From positions 1 to 39,639 of the forward strand of contig CBDVAD010000001.1 of assembly GCA_965371875.1 (NCBI GenBank): a stretch of 39,639 nt of DNA. Direction: 5' to 3'. The notes below the pieces were generated by a model that was given only the letters and a program-made list of their open reading frames with translations, was not told where the DNA came from and did not search any database. This DNA comes from an uncultured bacterium. GTDB lineage: Bacteria; Spirochaetota; Spirochaetia; B11-G9. Below, in pieces: positions 25,915 to 35,800 of the stretch; the first letter of the stretch is position 1; every line of letters begins with the position of its first letter. Made by a program: the position numbers and the translations under genes.

Positions 25915-26472
25915 ATGATATATAATCCGGAATTACATCATCGTCGTTCTATACGATTAAAAGGATATGATTATTCACAATCAGGAATATATTTTGTTAC
26001 AATTTGTACAAAGGATAAGGAACATACATTTGGAATTATCAAAAATGGGGAAATAGCTTTAAATAAATATGGGAATATTGTAAAAAATGAATGGATGAAA
26101 ACACCAAAAATACGGAAGGAAATTGAATTGCATAGATTTATTGTCATGCCAAACCATATTCACGGGATTGTTGAAATTATCGATGGTAGGGGCGACCGGC
26201 CGGTCGCCCCTACGGGCAAACCATTCACCCCACCAATGGCAATTCCAGCAATAAAAGAACCAGGACCAAAACACAAAACAATCGGTTCCATGGTTGCCGG
26301 TTATAAATCAACTGTCACAAAACAAATAAATATTTTACGAAATATCCCCTTTGCCCCTGTATGGCAACGGAATTACTACGAACATATCATTCGAAATGAA
26401 GAATCATATTATCGGATATCAGAATTTATAAAATCCAATCCCATGAATTGGCCGGATGATATATATAACTAA
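25915..26472 (+). CDS. REP-associated tyrosine transposase (RAYT; IS200/IS605 Y1 HUH family)
   Basis: 'HRRSIRLKGYDYSQSGIYFVTICT', HUH motif 'MPNHIHGIV' and catalytic Tyr region 'WQRNYYEHIIRNEESY'. It has the internal insert 'GRGDRPVAPTG'. Confidence 0.9.
   Translation: MIYNPELHHRRSIRLKGYDYSQSGIYFVTICTKDKEHTFGIIKNGEIALNKYGNIVKNEWMKTPKIRKEIELHRFIVMPNHIHGIVEIIDGRGDRPVAPTGKPFTPPMAIPAIKEPGPKHKTIGSMVAGYKSTVTKQINILRNIPFAPVWQRNYYEHIIRNEESYYRISEFIKSNPMNWPDDIYN
26186..26213. repeat. 28-nt perfect GTAG-headed palindrome inside the RAYT coding sequence
   Basis: GTAGGGGCGACCGG|CCGGTCGCCCCTAC, i.e. 14+14 perfect. It encodes RGDRPVAP on both strands (see minus-strand track ORF 26059-26274). Confidence 0.9.
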
Positions 26473-26600
26473 TTATGATCTTCAGGACAATCAAACAAAT
26501 TCCATCTATTTTACTTATTCTATCATGGTTTTACAATTATCTAATATAGTTTTCTACTTCTTACACCATACAATTAAATTTTTTTAAATTTTCCCAGTTT

Positions 26601-26669
26601 TCTGAAGCAGCATCGTAAATTCACCAGTACTACAGTTATAAGAACCAAAAAAATTATTACTAGTGTGGT
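26601..26669 (+). repeat. 69-nt direct repeat, right copy
   Basis: See 25829-25897. Confidence 0.9.
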
Positions 26670-27423
26670 GTTGGTGAAAAAGTTTATTTTTATAACAGTA
26701 TGTTTGCTTATATTTATTGTTATTACTTTGACGATAGATCTCTTTCGAACAATAACCGGTATTAATGAAGTTAATAATGAACTGGAAAGTATTTCCAGAC
26801 AAAATGAAAATTTAGTTACTCTGGTTCAAGAAAATCAACAGAATACCAAAGAAACAATATCAGGTTTCAGTTTACATCTGAATGAAAAAATCACAGAACT
26901 CTCCAAAGATGCTGAGAAGCGTAACAGGAAATTTGATATTGCTTTTTTTGATTTAAGAAAATCAAGTCGTATGGAAATAGACGAAGTGAAGAGTCTAATA
27001 ACATTTTATATAGAGGAAGTGAAGAATAAAAAAACAGCTGAGAATTTACTCTTTCTCAATACTCTTGTGGAATCGGATATTCAGATTCAACAGCTTCTAA
27101 ATGAAGGTTCAGTCAAGTATAGAGATGAAGATTTCACAGCAGCTGTTAAAGTATATAGAAAGATTCTCGATATAGATCCATTTAATGTAGAAGCTATCTG
27201 TTATTTTAATGCTTCCCTCTATTACCAGAACCCAGGGGACGAAAGTAACTTTTCCGGGATAAAAAATGATCTGATTCTTCTTCTTAAAGAGAATGTTCTT
27301 ACAAAAGATGAAGAGCTAACTGTTCTAAATGTTCTTGTCGGTATTAAAAGAGAAGAGGGCAATGCTGATTCTTTAATACAATACCAGGATTTCCTGCAGA
27401 AGCTTGCGGAAGACCGTAAATGA
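26665..27423 (+). CDS. Bitopic protein: N-terminal TM helix, coiled-coil region, C-terminal TPR-like repeats
   Basis: 'KKFIFITVCLLIFIVITLTIDLF' is the TM helix. 'EDFTAAVKVYRKILDIDPFNVEAICYFNASLYYQNPGD' is TPR-like. The start codon (GTG/TTG cluster) is uncertain. Confidence 0.6.
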   Translation: MVLVKKFIFITVCLLIFIVITLTIDLFRTITGINEVNNELESISRQNENLVTLVQENQQNTKETISGFSLHLNEKITELSKDAEKRNRKFDIAFFDLRKSSRMEIDEVKSLITFYIEEVKNKKTAENLLFLNTLVESDIQIQQLLNEGSVKYRDEDFTAAVKVYRKILDIDPFNVEAICYFNASLYYQNPGDESNFSGIKNDLILLLKENVLTKDEELTVLNVLVGIKREEGNADSLIQYQDFLQKLAEDRK

Positions 27424-28436
27424 GAATAAAAAAGCTTCTAATATCTATAATATATATTTCCCTCACAATTTCAATTTGGAGTTTCGATTTATGTCTGGCA
27501 AACCTTTATCAGTATAGTCCTGATGGAAGTATTTTTACAGAAAATGATATTGAAAGGGATCTGTTTAAGAGTTTAAGAGAAACGGATAAAGAAGGTGTAC
27601 TCTCTATTTCAAGAACAAATAGCAATAATATTCCTAAATCGATTCTAGATACAGCAGCTTTAAGTGAATCTGAAAATGTTAACTTTATTCTCTATGGTTT
27701 TATAAAAGTAACAGAAAACTACTATGACTTTGAAGTAAAGCTCTATGACCGGGAGGCCGGTGAAATTAAAAATATTTTTTATGCAAAGAATACAACTTCA
27801 AGTTACAGGGACCTGGTTCATACAATGTCTTCGAGAATTATCGCTTACTTTTACAAAACTCTTGGTATAACAAAAAGGAAATCAGAGGAGGAAAAAGAAC
27901 ATGGTGTTATCGATATTGAAACGGGACTTGGATACTGGATGCCTTTTGATCCCTGGGCAGAATCGCTTATGGGACTTGTGTCAGTTCATTTAAGCAGCAG
28001 CCTGACACCAATAAACCCTCTTTTAAAATGGGATGTTTTTACTTTTGCATTGGGATACGGCATTGGGCTGGACTATTCATTGGGAATGAACAAAGAGGGT
28101 TTTGAAAGCTACTCTCTTCATTTACTTAGGATGGGATTTCCTGTTTCCTTATCTGCAACATGGCATTACAGGAATAAAATTGTCCTGCAGATTGCACCTG
28201 AACTACAGCTGGACATACTCTTTCAGGACCGTCTGTATGGAAGTGTTGTGGGTGAAAAAAGCGCCGTGTTTTCTTTGTCCACCTCCATTGGGTATGAATA
28301 TCTATTTACTGATAAACGGCTCTCATTAGGGTTTGCAACCCGTCTTCATACGGCTTTTTATAACAATATACTTTTTTCGATAGAACCATCTTTTTATTGC
28401 AGATACAGATTTAATCCAATGGATAAAGGAGATTAG
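27420..28436 (+). CDS. Hypothetical envelope protein with signal peptide and beta-barrel-like C-terminal half
   Basis: ATGA overlap with the upstream gene. N-terminal hydrophobic signal. The C-terminal ~180 aa have alternating-pattern strands rich in G/Y/F/L and end ...SFYCRYRF-NPMDKGD. Confidence 0.55.
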   Translation: MRIKKLLISIIYISLTISIWSFDLCLANLYQYSPDGSIFTENDIERDLFKSLRETDKEGVLSISRTNSNNIPKSILDTAALSESENVNFILYGFIKVTENYYDFEVKLYDREAGEIKNIFYAKNTTSSYRDLVHTMSSRIIAYFYKTLGITKRKSEEEKEHGVIDIETGLGYWMPFDPWAESLMGLVSVHLSSSLTPINPLLKWDVFTFALGYGIGLDYSLGMNKEGFESYSLHLLRMGFPVSLSATWHYRNKIVLQIAPELQLDILFQDRLYGSVVGEKSAVFSLSTSIGYEYLFTDKRLSLGFATRLHTAFYNNILFSIEPSFYCRYRFNPMDKGD

Positions 28437-28437
28437 G

Positions 28438-29211
28438 ATGAAGGTTCAATTTTTAGTAATTTTTCTATTTTCACTCTTGTTGTTGTCATGTTCTGAAGGG
28501 CTGTTAAGCGATATGCTCCGTGTTAATACAGATCCTGTTGTCGAGGGACCGTCTGTAGTCTCTTTCGAAAAAGAAGAAACAATAGAAATAAGCTGGAACT
28601 CAGATCCTGGAGCTGATGAATATATTCTCTACAGGGCAGAAGATACTCTTGTCCCGGTTTATGAAATCCTCTATCAGGGAACGAGCCTTTCTCTAACAGA
28701 TACAGATATTACAGGTGAACATCGTTATCTCTATACTCTGGGCAAAGTACGGGGAACAGTGTTGTTTGGGCCTTCTGATCCAAAACTTGGTGTGGGAAGT
28801 AATGTAATTCAGGATAATCTGGAAGGGAATAATATAAAAGAGAAGGCAACAACACTTGTATGGGATCTTGATGCAAACCTATATTATTACCGTTCCAATG
28901 ATAGTGAGGAAATAGAAGATTTTGATTGGTATTCAATTACAGTTCCTCCCAGAAGAAAAGCCATGATTGTTGTCACTCAAGATGGATTAGGTTCCGGAGC
29001 TGACTCCTGGATGAATTATTATCTTGAAGGCCATGTGTCCGAAACAATAATAAACAGTAATGCGATACCAATAGAGAACTACTCTTATAATGAGAAAACC
29101 TTTTACTTTTTAATCTCACCAAATTCTTCAGAGTTTATTGGTGATCCTACTCTTGGCGGTGGTGGTCTTATAAATTACAGGGTGTCTTTAAATTCAATTC
29201 AAAGTCTTTAA
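28438..29211 (+). CDS. Lipoprotein with FN3-like and PPC (pre-peptidase C-terminal)-like modules
   Basis: Lipobox LLLSC. 'IEISWNSDPGADEYILYRAED' is FN3-like. 'DFDWYSITVPPRRKAMIVV' resembles the D-x-D-W-Y motif of PPC domains. Confidence 0.55.
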   Translation: MKVQFLVIFLFSLLLLSCSEGLLSDMLRVNTDPVVEGPSVVSFEKEETIEISWNSDPGADEYILYRAEDTLVPVYEILYQGTSLSLTDTDITGEHRYLYTLGKVRGTVLFGPSDPKLGVGSNVIQDNLEGNNIKEKATTLVWDLDANLYYYRSNDSEEIEDFDWYSITVPPRRKAMIVVTQDGLGSGADSWMNYYLEGHVSETIINSNAIPIENYSYNEKTFYFLISPNSSEFIGDPTLGGGGLINYRVSLNSIQSL

Positions 29212-29222
29212 GCAGGTAGATA

Positions 29223-29882
29223 ATGATGAAAAATAAAAAGTTAATTCGAATAAATACTTCAATTACAATATTGCTAATTATTTTTACAATCGGATGTTCT
29301 GTTACTCCCATACCGTCTGCAGTTAAAGATCATGAGGATGTGACTGTAATAGAAGAGAACTCCTCTCTTTTTGTAGAGGATGGTGTTACAGGGGTAATTG
29401 AGTTTGCAACAAATGATACAAAGTACTCAGAACAATTCGGGTACACATTGTGGAGTCAGGAAGGTTTAGTGTCTGACCCTTTTACTAATCTGAATGTGAC
29501 ACTTTCCAAACTCAGCGGGAACGATGTGGCAGGATATGGTGTAGTATTCGGCAGTCATGATGATACGATGCTGGTTGTACTCATAAATACAAAGAAAGAG
29601 TTCATAATCGGAGAATTAACCGGCAATCTGTTTACAGTATTACAATTCTGGGATGACGCAGCCAGTTTGAAATCCGGTTATAACCAGATAAATATTATTG
29701 ATATTACCTACGATTCGGGAACAGGCGAATTCGATTTGAGTTTTAATGGTGTCCTGGTATCTACATTCCGGGATGATGATGCGCCCTTTCATACACAGGG
29801 TAAAAATGGATATATCGTTGTTATTTCTCCACTGGATGATTTTCCAAACATTCCGGTTTCCATAACATTTAAAAATAATTAG
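29223..29882 (+). CDS. Lipoprotein, possible concanavalin/LamG-like beta-sandwich
   Basis: Lipobox FTIGC. 'VAGYGVVFGSHDDTMLVVLINTKKEFIIGEL...INIIDITYDSGTGEFDLSFNGVLV'. The fold assignment is a guess. Confidence 0.5.
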   Translation: MMKNKKLIRINTSITILLIIFTIGCSVTPIPSAVKDHEDVTVIEENSSLFVEDGVTGVIEFATNDTKYSEQFGYTLWSQEGLVSDPFTNLNVTLSKLSGNDVAGYGVVFGSHDDTMLVVLINTKKEFIIGELTGNLFTVLQFWDDAASLKSGYNQINIIDITYDSGTGEFDLSFNGVLVSTFRDDDAPFHTQGKNGYIVVISPLDDFPNIPVSITFKNN

Positions 29883-29895
29883 GAGCCTATAATTA

Positions 29896-32800
29896 ATGAA
29901 TAATATAAGAAAAAATATATCTTTTACAATTCTGGTTCTTTTTATAATGTCAATTGTACCCTTTCCCCTTCTTGCAGATAATGCAGAAGTCTATAAAGAT
30001 ATCTTTACCCATAAGACTCCGGCAGAGAGATATATTCCTGTTGCAGTGGTAGCATCACCCTCTGAAAACGAGGTTCCTGAATCTGCTGCAGAGACTCAGA
30101 CTCTTGCGTCTCTACAGAAGCAAAGACCTGTCTCTGATTCTCCTGTAGAGTTCTATTCCCAAAAAATAACACCGGATGTAGAAAGTATTCTTGTATACGA
30201 TGGGATAAAATTAGAGATTCCTGCCGGAGCGGTAGATAAAGAGGTAACCATAGAGATAATAAAGCTTAAATCTGCCCCTCGTGTTAACGAAACAATAAGA
30301 AATGTAACAACAGGTGCAGAATCTTATCGTTTTTTACCGGACGGTATTCATTTTAAAAAAAATATCAAAATTTCAATACCCTTTAGTAAGGCTCTTCTCG
30401 AATCGGAAACAGCCCTTTCCAATCTGTTTACATATTTTTTTGATGAAAACAGCAATACCTGGGAACGCCTTCCTCGGATAGAAATCGATAAAGAGAAAAC
30501 TGTTGTTGTCAGTTTGACAGACCATTTTACAGATATGATAAACGGAACCCTTAAAATGCCGGAAAGTCCCGGCCCGGTTAACTTCGATATTAACAGCATA
30601 AAAAACCTGGAAGCTGCTAACCCGTCTTCCGGAGTAATGAACCTGAAAGGTTTTACACCAGATTCACAGGGAAGCGCATCTTTTCAGATAGCTCTGAATC
30701 TGCCGCAAGGACTGGGAAGCGCATATCCGAACCTTTCTTTAAGCTACAACAGCGACAGTCCAAACAGCTGGATGGGAAGGGGCTTTGATATTTCCGTTCC
30801 ATCTATTACAACGGATACAAAATTTGGTCTTCCTGACTACGACGATAGTGACACCTATATTCTCGGTGGTGAAGAACTTGTTCTTATATCCGGTTCCGGT
30901 TTCCCAAAATCCTATCGTCCACGTATAGAGAAAGAGTTTAAAAGAATAATAAGAAAACTCGAAGGTGGAGTTGATTACTGGGAAGTAACGGACAAAAATG
31001 GAAGAGTTCAGACATTCGGTACAGAGGAAGGATGGATTGGCCCTGATAGGAATAACCATACAAAAACCTATACCTGGTATTTAACAAAAGAGACAGACAC
31101 CAATGGAAACTTTGTAAGTTATATCTATGATTATGACAGTGATAATAAATATACCTATTTAAAAGAGATCCATTATTCAGGAAATAATAATGTCAGTACC
31201 AGTAATTCCGGTCCCTATAAGGTTGTTTTTAATACGTCTGAATCCAGACCAGACAGAAGAATAGATGCAAGGGGTACCTTTGTATCCAAACTGGTAAGAA
31301 GACTCGACAGTGTTGATATCTATTACAATACTGAAGTTATTCGTACCTATGAGTTTACATATGAACAAAATGAGTTTGGACAAACGGTATTAAATAGTTT
31401 TGCTGAGCTTGATGGCAGTGGGAATGAGTTTTATGGCTATGGGTTTGATTATAATAAATTATCTATCCATGATGCCGGAACTGGTATTATTGCCTATGAT
31501 GGGTTTGGAGATGAAACAATTGAATGGGGAGCTGTTTCCGGCCCCACTTTCCCAGGACTCAACCAGACTCGTACCTTCGGAATTGGCGCCAGTTTATATT
31601 TAGGAGTATCTGTCGATATTTTTAAAAGAATAAGATGGTTTAAATGGGGGTGGAGACGTCTTTTTTCATTGGGAGTAAGCGGAGGGGTTAATTATTCAAA
31701 TACTATTACAAAATCAACTTTGTTGGATATTAATGGAGATAACCTGCCTGATGCAGTATGGAAAGATGGCGGAGTTTTAAGAGGATATCAGAATACAGGA
31801 AATGGATTTGATACAAGTACTGACAATGATATTTCTCTTCCTGGTTTACCTGGGCTTTTAAACAGAAATAGTCAGTTGGGATACAATCTGGGGCTTTCAG
31901 TAACTGCTGGAGTGCTCAGCGGTTCTTTATCTATGCAGAACAACTGGATGAAGAGTAAGAGTTCGTTTAATGACATAGATGGTGATGGACGAATAGATTA
32001 TCTTATTGCAGACAGCAGTAAATATTACAGAAACACAACAGACAGTTTTACTCCGACAGACTATGGGACATATGTAAGTCTGACACAATCTGAGAATATA
32101 AACGAGGATGATTATCTTCGTACATATTACAGTCAGGAACCGCTTCGGAAATGGAAGGCATATACAGGTGGGAGAATAGAGATCAGTCAATCCATGAACC
32201 TTCTGGACAGTAGTCTTGTTTCTGAAGATGGTGTTGCAGCAATAACATATCCGGATGGTGGATATCCTGAATTCAGTATTCATTTGAGTTCAGATCAGTC
32301 TGAGGGTTCAGATACCCGTTCCTACAATATTGAAGAAGGGGACGAGTTATTTTTTCATATGGATGCCGGAATTGATTCAAGGGAAGATGATATTAATTGG
32401 GACATTAATATAGCCTACACTGATATAAACTATTTTGAAAAAATGGATGATCCCTCAATTATAAAACTTAAAGAACTTTATTATAACTCTCTGCCCGATG
32501 ACAGACTTGATAGATTTTATAATTCAGCTTATGTGCAATATGAGGATGATCCGCCCAAAAAGAGATGGGAATATACTCTTAAATCCGACTGGAGAAACTA
32601 TCTGAATAGTACTTCACTTGCAGCTGTTATTGAATATGGACTATTTGTTCCAGCAAGAATATCGGAAGATATATTTACCGGAATTTTTAATAGAGCGAGT
32701 GATACTGAAATTATTTATACAGATAATAATAATAATTCTGATGATAAAATTATCCCTGGAGAGAAGGCTGCTCTTATAGATTCTTTTTTGTACAGACCCG

Positions 32801-35800
32801 AATTTAGAGATTTTATCCGGCTGAACAATGGTGCTGATAATGTAGTAAGAAACTATCTTCTTTTGGAATCGAGCCTGTCTCAGAGACATAGCCTGTTTTA
32901 TTATACTGACTTTTCAGGAAGCAGTGTTTTGCCTGAAGAGTCCGGCGGAGCCAGAAGTTTTCTTAAATCGGCTCCTTTGATAAGTATTGAACCTAAAATA
33001 GATATAACTGAAGATAACATGACCCCTGGAGCTGAACTTTACAATGGGGAGATTCTTCTTGATAGGATTTATAATGAGACAGGAGATGAAGTTGTTGCGA
33101 CTTTAAGTCTGGTTCCTGACAATGGTGCTCTGCAGCTTGTTAGTACAGGCAGTCAGGGTTCGGGTGTTATTATTGGATCTGTGGTAACTGAATCTGCCGG
33201 TGGAATAAGTGCTTCTTTTTTACGGAACGGAATAAAACACAGCTATAGTTTAAGCAATCCTGAAAGTGTTCTAACCGGTTTGCCCTCGGATATATATGAT
33301 AGTGAAGTTCTTGATGCAGTTACATCCGGTTATGACTTTGTATATTTCCCTTCTCATACCAGTTTGAGTATTTCCGATTATAACACGATTTATGGAACAA
33401 TAGATGTCCAGGAGGATAAGAACTTTTTTCAGACAGTTTATGATCGATATCCGGAAGTATCCGATATCGAAGAGTACATACTTAAAGATCCAATGTTGCC
33501 GGAAGAGCTTGATCATCTGAATGTTATACTGCCTGGAGTTAATTTACCTGCAAATTATACCTTGCTGCCTCTTTTAGAGTATGCATCTGTCTACAATTCT
33601 GCATCTACTAAAGATAAAGTCTTCCTTGAAGAAATTTACTCACGATCCCCTGAAATACCTCCCATAGAAAGATATGATCTTGTATCAGGTATAAGCATCC
33701 CGGATGAAACACGTCTTGTCCTTATTTTTGATACTTTAAGTGATGACGGGGTTTCCATACATGATAATCCATTGTTTTTATCCGGAAACACAAACAGTGT
33801 CGGAATTATTGCTTTAAGTGAAGCTGAATATACAGATTATTTTGAAGAAAAGGCTGATATTCAAAGTCTTTTTAACGAAGTTGTAAATGATGATTCAGAT
33901 ACCTTTTTTATTCTAAAAAATAATATTACAGAAGCAGAAAAGAATGTATTTGAGACTGCATGCCGTCAATATTTAAGGGATGAAATTGAATTTCCTTATT
34001 ATGAATACAATGAGGCTGAAGGGCTGTTTACCATAAGATCCGGATTAAACAGTACTGAGTTAACTGAGATATCCACTCTCTTTTCAGGACTGGATTTAAG
34101 TGTATTTACAACTCTTAACAGAAGCTTACGGTATTATTCCAATGCAGTGCTCCCTGTTGTTTATGAAAGTGCAGCTGCAGTTTCAAGTGTGGATAATCCT
34201 GTTCCGGAAGGAACCGGCCCCCTGAACCATACAAATCCAGGTACTGTCAGCATTCCATATTTTGATAACCTTGGGAGAAGTTCATATTTAATTAAGTATA
34301 TTCATAACTATTATTCAGAATCTGACTATAGTTCAGAAAATCTAATAAATTATCCTGAAAATATATATAACGAGAGTGCTCTGATTGGTACTGAACTTAT
34401 TGAAAATACTCCTGAGGACAGAATACCTGATAGTTTTGAGATATTCAGCGGAGGAGTAGCCGGTTGGTATTACGGTGTCTGGACTGGCTATCATGGTCTT
34501 TTCCAAAATGAAAAGCTCCACGCCATTCCTCCTGAGAACGGTCCGGGAGAAGTAATCCGTCCGAAATACTTTACTCCTATGAAACAGAATATAAAAGATA
34601 ATAATGATCCTATTAAAACTTCCGTGGGGAGAGATCAGATTTTTATACTGGATAAGTGGAGCCTTATTATGGATGCAAGTTCGTATACGGAATCTGACTT
34701 CACTGAAGAGGGAGAGCCGGTAAGTGTAAGCTACAACTTTGCACCTGCAATAAAAGGAAACCTGCTGCACGCTGACAGAAATGGAGGAGATACATATTTT
34801 AATGTTCCGCGAGGGAGTAAACCCATGGAGGGTGGAAAGATAGGATATTTAAGTTCTGGAAAATCTACTTCAAGAGATATAAAAGGAAGTCTGGATTTTG
34901 GTGTTGGTTCTTTAAGTTTATCACTAAGTGAAAATGAAGGAACATCATGGCAGTACCAGAATGTAATGGATATAAACGGTGATAGGTATCCTGATATAAT
35001 CTCCTATACTTCAGATAAAGATGGTTCAGGTAGTTTTTCAGTTGTAGAAGGAAATGGAACCGGATTTGGTTCTGTAGTTGATTATTCAAGTCCCGTCAAG
35101 CATCTTTCGTATAGTGAGAATCTGACCTACGGTTTCGGAGCTTCTCCCGGCAGTCATTTCCCTGGGATTGAACCGGCAATGTCACCTTCCGGCAGGGTGA
35201 AATCGACAGGAATTGGAACCCCTGACAGTGGATCGGGAGGGGGATTTGGATTCTCCGGTTTTAACGGAACAGCGGGTGTTTCCTTTAATACCCAGGGATT
35301 TACTGATGTCACAGGAGACGGACTTCCTGACCATATTCAGAGGAGTGGATCAGGGGTGTACAATGTAGCTATTAATAAGGGTGATAATAGTTTTGCAGAT
35401 CCAGCTGTTTCTTTTGGCAGCGGGATAGATGAGGATCTTTATGAAGGTACTGTGATTGCTTCCGGTTTATCAAAAACTGCAAAGGGTATAAGCTTTAGTA
35501 ATTCCGGTAGTCTTGGTACTGGTGTATCAGTATCGATAGCAAGTGTAGGTTTTAATGCCTCTGCTAATCGAACTCTGTCGCAGCTTATGGATATTAATGG
35601 CGATGGGTTGTCCGATCAGGTAGTTAAAAAACCTGCTGAGGATTTCTTCCGGGTACGATTTAATATGGGGGATGAGTTTGCTGATGATGAAACAAGAATA
35701 TACCGTCCGGATTGGGATCCTGATGGATTTCCAGATATAACAAGTGCCCTTGAATCTATTATTGGTGAAAATTCTGGTTCTTTTAGCAACCTGGATTTAC

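Larger units (their letters stand above)
25829..26669 (+). mobile_element. RAYT cassette bounded by 69-nt direct repeats, interrupting the T2SS-to-toxin gene string
   Basis: A tyrosine-transposase-like gene plus 192 nt of AT-rich trailing sequence lies between near-identical direct repeats. The right copy is the native 5' region of the next gene (start 26665). Confidence 0.6.
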
